Assembly (NCBI RefSeq): GCF_001194135.2 | Contig: NC_068982.1 | Location: 144,469,490 to 144,533,489 of the forward strand | Source of the DNA: Octopus bimaculoides | Taxonomy: Eukaryota | DNA length: 64,000 bases | Reading direction: 5' to 3' | Shown here: positions 26,430 through 38,068 of the stretch, in pieces | Layout: each line of letters starts with the position of its first letter | How positions within the stretch are numbered: position 1 is the stretch's first letter | Notes under the pieces: model-generated | What the model saw: the letters and a program-made list of their open reading frames with translations, nothing else | Told to the model about the DNA's origin: nothing | Database searches by the model: none | Position numbers and translations under genes: made by a program

Positions 26430-28754
26430 GTTAATGGCTCTCAAAACAGAAAATAATTATACAAGAGGGAGAAAATAGCCAAATCGTAGAGAAACCTGAA
26501 TGAGCTAGATTTCTAGATATAGCAGAGTCTATCAAGTTCAAGCATATACAGAGAGCAAGAATGAAAACAAGAATGGGAGACATGGGCAGAGCAAAAAGGA
26601 GACGGAAATGGTCACGGAAATAAAATTATAGTGAAGGATGAAGAAGAGGTGGCAAGAAAGACTGGCAGAGGTCGTGACAAAGAGAATAGCAAGACAAGGA
26701 AGGATCCACTATGTGGTCACTAATCTACTACAAATATCAGTCAAGTCTACCTCAAATCACATGCTAATGTTTTATATAACTGAAAGATAACTTGCATAAT
26801 TTAGTCCTCAATACAATTATGGAGAGAGAGAGAGAGAGAAAAAAGGAAAGAGAGGGGTGATGGTCACAGCTGGAACACTTTTGATCACAGATCTATTTGA
26901 TAATGGCTAACAACAGCTATATCTATTACAACAATATTTTGCCAGTTTATAAATAGTACAGAACTGAGGCAAAGTAGAAGACATATACAGAGTATCATTT
27001 GTCTTTCATATTGATTATTTTTATATAAATAAAATATCATCCAAAGAATAGTCACTTATATAGTTAATGAGTATGTTTATTAAATGATTAGTTTTCAAGG
27101 ACTTTGAAAATGTAGATCTGTCAATATAATGTAGGTGTGGAATTTGTGCATCTGTTAATAAACATTCAAAGAACAGCTGCATGGTGGGATTAAAGGGGGG
27201 AAATTCCGTGAAGCATTGTCATGACAGTAGCAACAGAGTTAAATGAAAAGTCAAATATCTCCAGTAAAACTTACAGTCTATGAAAACAGTGATGCTTCAG
27301 GTAGACAAAGTCTATCGGATAATAAAAAACAAATATTTCAGGAGTTTAAAATGGTTGACAACTGAAAAAGAAAAAAGAACACAACTGATTTATATCTATC
27401 TCTCACTAAGAAGGGCATCCAGTCATAGAAACCATGCGAAAGCAGACAGGAGTTTGGCATAATCCTCAGGTTTGCCAGCATCCAACCCATACCAGTAAAG
27501 AGAATGGTGATCTCAGACTAACTACGGTTTGTTCAGATACATATTGAAAATAATGTATGCAAAAATTTCTTAATGATTGAAAATTTGCCTCAAAGCAGAA
27601 GGAAAACAAATAAGAGACCTGGTGGTAATTGTAAGCAAAAAGAAATGGGGGGAAATAATTCTAAGAAATTAATAATTCACTTTACAAGAAATTGAATTTC
27701 ATAATTTGGAAAAAAATCTAAGCAAAGGTGACAGTTATAGATTTGTTTTCGCCTTATTAAACTTCATCAGAAAAGCATAGTACTTCTCTGCTCTAATTAG
27801 TGAGCAGATTTTTATAAGGTCTACTAAAAACATACAAAAATTTTTAAATTATCTGAGGTCAAATAAAACTAAATCATACCTACAGTTGTCACCTTACCTG
27901 CTAACAAAGATCAGATTATTTTATTCTTAAACTTCGAAATTCAGTTTTTTGTAACAGTATTTTTTAATTTCTTGATATAATCTCCCTTATCGTGTGTGTA
28001 CACCCCAGATTTTAGAATAGGCACAGTGTGTCCCTGTGTGTTCCTAATGATGTGTCTAAAAGGAGTGACTGTAAAACACTGCTACTAAAAGTCTCATCTA
28101 AACCATCCCATCATGGAAAAGCAGACATAAAATTGACAATTATGCAATGAGGGCATTGTTTTCCATTAACTATGTATTTTTTGTATATGTTAGTTTGTAC
28201 ATCACAACCTACCTGAATAATCTAAATTCATACTATTGACCCTCTTGAGTTATTTCTCTCATTTTTTTCTTTTTTTTTTACAGACGAGGGAAAGCCAGAA
28301 GGAAATTGATCAGATGTTATTACTAGGAACATAAAACAAATTCAAAAACCTAGTCTTTAGTTACCCAACAATGTTAATAGTAATAAATAATAAGTATCAA
28401 GAAAAAAAAAATTTTCTTTTGCTTACAATATCTTGCTTGCAGAAAGTTAATCCTATCTCAAACCTCAAAAGAAATATTGAAATAGTATTTAAATTTGGGT
28501 TTTCTGGCCAGGACAATAATCTGTTAGATTTTCCCAGATATTTTCAAAACATTTTGTATAGCTAAGTACACAGAAGTAACAAAAATAAAATGTCATACAC
28601 AGAGATACAATGAAATGCTTAGCAAGGATTTGAATTCATTAACACATTGTTAGCTTCTTTATCTGTTCCATTGTTTTATCATTTCAATTAAGTTGAGCAG
28701 ATTTTAATTTGATGCTGGATCAATATTTACATTGGGAGTGCTGGACTGAGTCAT

Positions 28755-29590
28755 CATCATCATAATCGTTTAATGTCCATTTTCTATGCTGGCATGGGTT
28801 GGATAGTTTGACTGAGGTCTGGAGAGCCAGCGGCTGCACCAGGCTCCAATCTGATCTGGCAAGGTTTCTACAACTGGATACCCTTCCTAACGCCAACCAC
28901 TCCGAGTGTGTAGTGGGTGCTTTTTACGTGCCACCAGCACAAGAGCCAGTCAGACTTGGCATCAATCACATTTGGATGGTGCTTTTTACGTACCACCAGC
29001 ACAGGAGCCAGTTAGGGGACACTGGCCACAGCTATGATATTAGTTTTACTTGACTCAACAGGTCTTCTCAAGCATATCATATCCATCAGGGGTATTCTTA
29101 ACAGGGCCAGACATGTGTAGCTGCGATCTCACTTTAGTTGCCAGGTCTTCTCAATCACAAGATATCTCCAAAGGTCCTGGTCTCTAGTCATTGCCTCTAT
29201 GAGGCCTAATGTTCGAAGGTAATGCTTCACCACCTTATTCCATGTCTTCCTGGGTCTACCTCTTCCACAGGTTCCTTCTATAGTTAGGGAGTGACACTTC
29301 CTCACATAGCTGTCCTCATCCATACATAACACATGACCATACCAGCACAGTTGACTCTCTTGCACACCACATTTGATGCTTCTTAGGCCCAACTTTTCTC
29401 TCAGGGCACTTACACTCTGTTGTGTATGCATACTGACATTACACATCCAGCAGATCATACTAGCTTCATTTCTTTCAAGCCTACATATGTCCTCAGCATT
29501 CAATATCATGTTTTCTCTCTCTTCATAAGCAAGTTTAAATTCTACCAGGATCCTCACTAATGTAAGTTCTTCCCGATTCAAATAACCATG
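28755..29590 (-). mobile_element. 5'-truncated RTE LINE: ORF2 C-terminus plus complete 3' UTR and tail
   Basis: ORF 29129-29581: RLERNEASMICWMCNV...LREKLGLRSIKCGVQESQLCWYGHV...GRGRPRKTW..., continuous with the GCACC-unit UTR and (GAT)n tail. Confidence 0.9.
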
Positions 29591-31007
29591 CTTCTACTCA
29601 AAAAATTTATGGCCCTGCACCAGTGTTATAAATCATTTTAGAACAGAAATCAAAATTACAACTTTTTTAGACTACAAAAATAGAAACTGGAAAAGCAAAG
29701 GAAACGTAAACATTGTTGATTCATATTTTATTTAATCATAATATATACGAACAGGAAGAAACAAGAGAATAGTTTTGTGAAAGAAATAAAAAATCTTGGA
29801 CCAGAGAGATAAATATTTTGGCAAATTAACATAATTCTCAGTGGCAGTAAAATTATGGCTAAATCAAAACAAATTCATAACTCAGATCTGTAGAATGTTC
29901 CATAATTTTCAGGTCATAACTATCTGAGAGCAAATTCTAAGTCTTCTCAATTTGTATCTCTTCTAGACAGGATCAATCCTAAAGTGCACAAAAACTGAAC
30001 TTGTTTATATCTTCCTAATATCTTATCACTTTTTTGGTCTATTTGTATAATCTATCATCTTGACATGACACAGCCACTAGAAAATACTTAAGGCAAAAAG
30101 GAACTTCTAGGTGGTCCCTAGGCATAAATGACTGTTTGAAAAAATAAAACAGATGATGATCACAGCTGAAGTATATTTGATTATAGGTCTACTCTATCAA
30201 ACCTAATGCAAACCTCTTGCAAGCTTCTTGTCATAAAATCAAAACAACTAATATATCTATCATAAAACAGAGGCAAACTAACAAATATCTAAAAGCTGTC
30301 GTATATATATATATATATTGTATTTATATGAGTGTTCCATTCACCAGAAACCCTCATTATAAATGACAATCACAAACCAAAAGTCTAAAGTTCAAATGAA
30401 GAACTACAAAAAAATACTTCCTCTTGATGGCATTTGGATAACCAGATGACAGGAGAAAAAGTAGATAAAAATAATGGAAAAACTAAGGTTCTTCCCTTTT
30501 TTTCTGAAGGTCAATGTTTTAGTAAAAACAGAATAGAACACATATGAAAGAGATTATAGGTTTATTTAGTTTTAGCTTGTTTTTATGTATTTATTAAAAA
30601 AATTCAAAATGTAACTTACTATTAGTTTTTTTTATTGATAAATATATGAAGTAGAAAATTTTAAATATCAACATGTACCAAAAAGACTACCTGACCCATT
30701 CAATAAAAATAAAGCTAAAATGTCGGTACATATATGACACATATTTATGTTAATTTTAGCATGTTTGGTTGAATAGTAGTTCATGTATTTGTACATTTGT
30801 ACACATTTATAAAAATAAATCATTATTATGCCTGGTTTCATGGGAAACTATTTTTTTTTTTTTTCATATATTCCAGTGACCTGTTGATATTCATCAACTC
30901 TACCAAGGACTATACAGTATGTAAAATGAGTAATAATAAAGTTTTGTTATTCTAGTTTCCAGTTTATATATATTTTCATTTTCTGCTTAAAGGTGTTTAA
31001 AATGTGA

Positions 31008-31220
31008 TTATCCCAAGTAGGTGACTGAATACTTAAATAAAGATTCTGTCATGCACTGATAAAACAGAAAATTTGGTAACAGAGACTGAATTTATTCTTC
31101 TCAGTAATATCTGTTGGTTAAGCTTCAATATGACACACATGACAAATAAAAACTGACTTTCCCATCATTATATATGTGATGTCATTAAGGTGCTGGTCTA
31201 ATGACTACATGGTCATGAGC
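31008..31220. repeat. Copy 1 of a diverged ~210-bp direct repeat (copy 2 at 33217-33420)
   Basis: Shared blocks in the same order: TCCCAAGTAG.TGACTGAATACT, ATGCACTGATAAAA, AGACTGAA, CTCAGTAATA, AGCTTC.ATATGACACACA, AAAAACTGACTTT.CCATCAT, TGACTACATGGTCATGA. Confidence 0.85.
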
Positions 31221-33216
31221 ATTGTATCTTGTCCCCTGAGTAAGGTAAAATAAACCCTGCTTGCTCTATGCTTGCTTGGCTGATAATTCCAACTTCACAG
31301 TTGAGTGGCCAGCAGCTGGAAAATATAAAAATAAAATCATTCCACTGATCCTATCATCTATTTTCATTTTGTTAAATGAGCTATTTTTAACATAATGCAT
31401 ATTTATTAAAACGATAGGATATTAGACAGGGTTTAGGAGTTATGGTTATATGTTCAAGATGTGAGAGCATTGTATCTATATGAGGACATTATATTTATTA
31501 TTTTGTGGTTAAATGGAAGGAATACACTGCAAATATGACCAAAAGACAAGAGAAGAAAATGCAATGTTACTTTTTCTCAGTTACTCAGACAGTAATTCAC
31601 TTCATGTCAGTAAAATATTAAATAAATTTTAAAAAAGAAATTTTGTGTCTGGTCAAAAACAAATTACTTGTTTAAAAGAGACAAGGCTAATGAACAGATA
31701 CTAAAAAATATACCAATTAATTATAGGTGAGTCATCATTGTGACCATTTCTTCATGCTGTATAAGATAAATGGATCTGAGGTATTAAAGATTTCCACCCA
31801 CCTTCCTGTGTTATCTCATCTGTGAGTTACTGTGTCCTAAGAGCTGATCTCACACTTCATATCTTTCTCTATCAATGGCTACTTTCCACTGTTAGTACAT
31901 AGCAAGTGTTATCCATTTATATTATGTCTATACTTTTATAACTACACTTCTACTATACATTACCAAATACCCTTACTGCCAATCTATTTTTCATATCATT
32001 TGCACATCACCTTTACACATGTTGACACAGGGCATCCAGTAAAACATTTCTTTGTAGCTATCACAAGTCTTCTGAATCTATTGTCCAGTTCTTTCTACCA
32101 TGTAGTATTACACCTCTTACACATGCTTCATCCCATCTACCTGTTCAACAAATGCAAATTTTGCTTCTCAAGAAAATTTACATTCAATTGACTAAACTTG
32201 TCAACAACTGCAACAAGAAACATTAATTTCTAAATGTGAACATGAAAACAATTTACACCTGATATATTTAAAAACAATTATTTTCCTCACCAAAATGACT
32301 GACCAATTCCCAACCTCATTTGATCAAGAGTTACGTGATACACAAATGACATACATTACAACAAAGCTACATCCAGCTATTACACTAAAACTGATTCTTC
32401 TTCAGAGCATAAAACTTGCAGCATGATATCACAAGACAAGATTATTTTTATTTGATTCTTTTAAATAAGTGAATATATATCATACTTAAGTAGTAGAGGA
32501 CTGATAGTATGACATATAAGTGTGCTTAGGAGTGGTGATATAGCTAAAACATTCTGAACAGTTAGGAATGATAAATAAATCAAAACAATAGTATCTTTTC
32601 TTACTTCTTCATTACACCCAACAAAGTAATGCTATACATCACAAACTAGTCAGCTTTATTTGATTGTCCAATGAAAAGAATATGTACGATATACAAGCTT
32701 AGAGTACAAATTTTTGTACTGTATACAAGTTTGAGACAGAGTATACTTTTAAATATATTCAAAATTTAATAACAGCTCAGATCATTGAATGTTCAATATG
32801 GTATGAATACAATTTAAAATTTGAATACCAGCACAATTATACTATCATAGTTCAAGAAAACAGATGTTCATATAAAGTCACCAAATGTTCATCGGTGTAA
32901 AGCTCTTAGTTACTTAAAGCTATAACTTTGTGACAGTACCACCATCTTTCGATGGTCAGCTTAGTTTGTCTCATGTGGTTTTGTTATTGTAATCCTTTTG
33001 ATTATTCTAATAATTTATGTACTAGATTATCATATAAATTCAATAAGTAAATGATTATAAATGCCTCAGTTAGCAGCAAGAAGCACGAAAAGGTCAATTC
33101 TTGGTACTGGCTTCATACTGTTACACGAGTGAAAGTATTACTCAATTGAATGCAGATAATATTCATAGATGAGCTATTGTTTCTCCTAAAACAGACGGAT
33201 AAACTAAAATAAAATA

Positions 33217-33420
33217 ATCCCAAGTAGATGACTGAATACTATAATGCACTGATAAAAAAGAAAACTTTATAATGGTCAAAGACTGAACTTATTCGTCTCA
33301 GTAATAATACCTATTAGTTGAGCTTCCATATGACACACAGTACAAACAAAAACTGACTTTTCCATCATAATATAAGTAGTGTGGTTAAGGTACCCCACTA
33401 CTGACTACATGGTCATGAAC
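33217..33420. repeat. Copy 2 of the diverged ~210-bp direct repeat
   Basis: Same ordered blocks as 31008-31220. Confidence 0.85.
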
Positions 33421-34085
33421 ACAGCTAGTGTAGCAAAACTCTGCTACACTATTTACAAAAGGTTAGCTAAAGAAAATAATTAAAGTGGGGCAAAGGCATG
33501 AATTTAGATAATTCGGGTAGGTGATGACATACTGAATGATGCACACAAAACATTCTCAGTGAACTGAAAATTACATTTTAGCTGGAAAAAGATAAAAACT
33601 AGGGGTAACTGTTAACATCTCAAAGAAAAAGGGAAATTATTTCAATTAATAACTAATTTCATAGAAAATTTAATTTTTCATGTTTAGAGGGGGGGGGGGN
33701 NNNNNNNNNGGGGGGGGGACCCCCTTCACTTTTCTTAGTGAGCAAAGTGGCACCTACAGGTATATTTTCAGTCTCATTAGACCTCATTAACTGGCAATTC
33801 CAATATTGTATAACCAAATGCTCCGAATAGATTTAAATTTAAATGTCTTTAAACTGACCATTTTACTTTTATAATTAGTTACTGGAGAGTTCTCTAACTA
33901 CACCAATAGTTCTTAACCCTTTTGCATCCATGTCTCAAATCTGAAAAGATCACTTGCTCACCAAACAAGAACCCTGTTATTAAAATAAGTACTATAATAG
34001 CCCAATAAATTCAGTTGTCTATCACAAATTGTTAAACATCAAGAACATGCCTAGTTAAAAGGGATTATTTCTCCCTTTTTTTCAG

Positions 34086-34400
34086 TTCAATCATTTTGAT
34101 ACCAACCCACCTGAAATCACACCTGGTACTACGACACCAACTTCTTGTTTAAAATTATCTAAATTAAAACCTTCCATTAACATCGTCATTTAACATCCGC
34201 CTTCCATGCTAGCATGGGTTGGACGATTTGACTGAGGACTGGTGAAACCAGATGGTTACATCAGGCTCCAATCTGATTTGGCAGTTCCAAACACCAGCTT
34301 AATAATGACAAAATTATTTTATTAAAGTCTTCATTATTTTCAAAATTAATGGAAACAAAGACACTGTATTTCAACAGAAATAGATTAACAAAAGGGTTAA
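34086..34400. mobile_element. TTAA-type MITE carrying a 104-bp RTE 3'-end fragment (34181-34284)
   Basis: Right end ...TAACAAAAGGGTTAA, degenerate left end. Internal CATCGTCATTTAACATCCGCCTTCCATGCTAGC...CTGATTTGGCAG belongs to the RTE tail family. Confidence 0.75.
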
Positions 34401-34485
34401 TCATTTCCCACACTAAATCCCACCTTTAAATTTCACTCTATATCTTAATGAGTGAAGTGTTTTTCATTGGATATATTGTATTTAA

Positions 34486-34694
34486 CCTTTTAGCATTTAA
34501 ACTGACCATATCCATCCCAAATATTTTACCTTAATTTATGTTCAAACCAGCCAGATGCAACTTCTCGCATCAACCTGACAATGTCATTCTAAAAATCAAC
34601 AATCACCTCATGGAAATCTCAGAGCTATGAGATAATGCAATATTATTTCAAAATAATGTCAATAAATAAGTATTGCATTTGACATGCTAAAGGG
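34486..34694. mobile_element. piggyBac-like MITE with TTAA flanks
   Basis: TTAA-CCTTTTAGCAT ... ATGCTAAAGGG-TTAA. Confidence 0.8.
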
Positions 34695-34830
34695 TTAAAG
34701 TTAATGCCCTTCCTACTGCTAACAGCCTGAATCTAGCAGGCTCCAATAACGTTTGAACTCCTGACCTTATGGTCATCCAAGAGCCATTGTGCCTCATATT
34801 GGTTGTGTAAAGCAACAAATCTATACTCAC

Positions 34831-34844
34831 TTAGCTTAAAGTGA
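34831..34844 (-). CDS. Candidate 14-nt micro-exon (xHFKL)
   Basis: attttatttctttttcatttgcttag|TCACTTTAAGCTAA|gtgagt. Only the phase 2 to 1 frame is open. Confidence 0.55.
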
Positions 34845-34934
34845 CTAAGCAAATGAAAAAGAAATAAAATTTAATTCCTTTGGGTAACTTCAGCATCAAT
34901 TGCTTACATTCTGAATCTTAACAGATTTTCTTAC

Positions 34935-34955
34935 TTTACAGATATGTTAATTTCT
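34935..34955 (-). CDS. Candidate 21-nt micro-exon (xEINISV)
   Basis: gattttttttaatag|AGAAATTAACATATCTGTAAA|gtaaga. Only the phase 2 to 2 frame is open; it joins the 14-nt exon across a 90-nt intron to give EINISVNHFKL. Confidence 0.5.
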
Positions 34956-35029
34956 CTATTAAAAAAAATCTATTAATGCAAATTTGTTTCACTTGCGATA
35001 ATAACCTGTTCAACAAAATAAAGAATACT

Positions 35030-35240
35030 GGTTTCAAATTTTGGCAAAAGGTCAGTAATTTGAGGGGAAGGGGTTAAACGATTACATTGACCCTAGTGCT
35101 CAAACAGTACTTATTTTACTCCAAAAGGATGAAAGGCAAAGTTGGCCCCAGCAGAATTCAAACACAAAACATAAAGATGGACAAAACGCTGTTAGGTATT
35201 TTGCCCAGCATCCTAAGGATTCTGTCAGTTTGCTGCCTCA
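35030..35240 (-). mobile_element. SINE family B
   Basis: GGTTTCAAATTTTGGCAAAAGG...AAAAGGATGAAAGGCAAAGTTGGCCCCAGCAGAATTCAAAC; reverse of the 18045 family. Confidence 0.75.
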
Positions 35241-35799
35241 ACAAAGTAAAGAACATTGAAATCTAGTAAACAAAAGTTGAGACGAATCTAATTTTCTTTA
35301 CTTAAAATCATTGCAATTGAAAAAACAACAACACAAACAGAAATAGTAGTGATTAAAAATTTAAGCACACTTATATTGTTAGAATAAAGTTACAAATTTG
35401 ATGAGGACAATTTTAATTTTATTTTATTTTTTTTTTTGAGAAATGCTGCACATATTAAGTAACAAAGCTGTTAGTTTGTGTTCCAATAATTTTCAAAATT
35501 TCACCAAGTTTTAAATATGTAGCCCTATTTTTTATTTGTTTAATTATAATAAAAACCTAAATAGCTAAAAGTTACATTGAAATTCATCATCATTTAACAT
35601 CCGTTTTCCATGTTGGCATGGATTGGAAAATTATTTTTATATTTATGAATATAAATGGAAAAAACTAGTATTATTTTTACTGGAAAAAAAATTCAATAAA
35701 TACCAAAATAATATAACATTTTTTTTTTTTTAATGAAAAAGTAAAGCTAACACAATTAGTGTTCAGTTCAAACTAGTAAAGATGGGTGGCTGGTAGGAA

Positions 35800-36330
35800 A
35801 AACATGGACAAAGAGGGAAATTCCAGTTAAAACTCAGAACAGAGGCCATTGTAATAGCAATAGAAGAGATAGACAGAAAACTGTCTGTGAGATGGTGGAT
35901 ATAATGTGCTGGTCAGTGAGTCTTTGTCAAATAACCAGAAAGATAGTATAATTTTTATAGTAGTTTGTGTGTTTAGAAGTAACATTAAGTAGAGTAAAGG
36001 GCTAATGTATATGTATAGAGAATGAAACCTTTGGTGTACATAAGAGCTGATAGGATCTGGCCTGGAAAGAGCTTCATCATCACTGCATACTGCAATGGGA
36101 TGGTCTGACAGGAGACTTCCAATCCAAAAGATAGAGACAAATTGGCCACATACAAGACCAACTTAGCTAGGAAGTTCTCATACCACCTGTAGTCAAAAGT
36201 TTTACAAATGTCAAGTGCAGTAACATTTCTTTCACACAAGTTTTCAAAGGTAAAAGATCACTAGCATGAAAGATTAAGAAAGGCTAAGATACACAGAAAT
36301 TGTACCAAATGGTACCAATGAGAAAAGAGA
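35800..36330 (-). mobile_element. Decayed CR1/Jockey-like reverse transcriptase fragment
   Basis: ORF 35985-36239: VTALDICKTFDYRWYENFLAKL resembles RT motif ALDISKAFDRVWH..LL.KL. Confidence 0.7.
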
Positions 36331-37454
36331 GACTTAAAGCAACAAAGTAGGTGATTGTTAACAAGTGTTCCTGTAATCTTTGAGAGTTAAAAATCAGAGA
36401 CATTAGAGACATGATTTGAAATGGCTACAATCAGAGATCAAAACCAGGTGGTAGAATTATCCCACTGAGAACTTACCTTTACTAGATTCCAATACTATTT
36501 GATCAGTAACCTTAGTCCATGACATAACAATTTAGTGGTTATTATAGTTTGATGCTATTGCTTTAAGAACAAGAATGTAAATAAATTTACTTTTGAACGA
36601 AATACTATACTAAAAACAATGGAATGTACTGAAAAGTTTCAATTACAGTAGCAGCATATTTTATTGAAGATTTACATAGAAACATTAGCTTACTCTAACT
36701 TCCAAAATAGAGATAATTCATTTGTTTTATACACTTTACAAAAAAAAAAAAAAAGATCCGATATAAGCTAGACTAGAGAACTGAGCAATCTTTCAAATAT
36801 TTCTCTTATGTTATTTAATTCTATGTCAAAACTTTATGATCATTAGGTCCACAATTCTAAATTATCCAATTTCTCCATGAACTGATTGTCCACTAGAACA
36901 TGTCTTCCAAACTAATTTGGCCACCATTAGAGCAAATTTCACTGAAGAAAATGCCAAACAAGTCACTCTTCCCCACCCAGTTTCTTATTTCTGAAAAATA
37001 TTCAGAGATAAGTATATAAAAAAAACTATGGAAGATTTCCAGGACAGAAAACAAAAATATTGTTTAATGCCAAAGTTAGTTCTTAGCCTCCATAGCTGGC
37101 ACAAAATTTTCTGCTAATATAGCTTACTCCTTTTGCCAGGATATAGTGTAGGTAATATATATTTTATTGATGTATTGGTCAATGTTTACATATGCCAAAA
37201 TGTAAAAATCAAATGAAAATGTAGTAGATACAGGAATGATGATAGAACTGTTAATTAAATGCCTTAATGAAGCAAGTGACTCCAAAAACAGGACCAACAA
37301 AATTTGGTCACATTGGCCATCATATGACCCTAAAAAAGTATATAATTCATTAGGGATTCTACAAAAAGCACATCTAGCATGGCAGAAAATATTCTATGGT
37401 GACTGTGTCTAGTGAAAGCAAAAAATGAATTTACTTTCATACCAACTCTCTCTC

Positions 37455-37785
37455 TCTCTCTTGGCACTTGTGCCGGTGGCACGTGAAAAGACAATTGAGC
37501 GAGATCGCTGCCAGAGCCGCTGGATTGGCTCCTGTGCAGGTGGCATGTAAAATACACATTTTGAGCATGGCCGTTGCCAGCACCGCCTGACTGGCCTTCA
37601 TGCCAGTGGCACTTAAAAGTACCCACTACACTCTCGGAGTGGTTGGTGTTAGGAAGGGCATCCAGCTGTAGAAACTCTGCCAAATCAGATTGGAGCCTGG
37701 TGTAGCCATCTGGTTCACCATTCCTCAGTCAAATCGTCCAACCTATGCAAGCATGGAAAGTGGACGTTAAACGATGATGATGATT
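37455..37785 (+). mobile_element. RTE LINE 3' end with three UTR units
   Basis: Three GTGGCA.(G/T)TAAAA units, then GGACGTTAAACGATGATGATG. Confidence 0.85.
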
Positions 37786-37908
37786 TNNNNNNNNNNATAT
37801 ACACACACACACACACACATATATATCAGTTAATTAGAAGATATATTAACCTCTTAAAGAGATTTTGGGGAAATAAAATTTCTCTAAATCAATAGATAAA
37901 AAATAGGC

Positions 37909-38068
37909 ATATAATCCGTATTCAATTAATAGAAGAAAAGAAAATGGAGAGTTGAAAGTTAATAATTATTTATTAATAAATTCATAAAATTTTCAATTTA
38001 TTAATAAATAATTATTAACTTTCAACTCTCCATTTTCTTTTCTTCTATTAATTGAATATGGATTATAT
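37909..38068. repeat. Near-perfect hairpin: 74-bp arms, 12-nt loop, one mismatch
   Basis: 37909-37982 is the reverse complement of 37995-38068 except one position (CCGTA vs CCATA). Confidence 0.95.
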
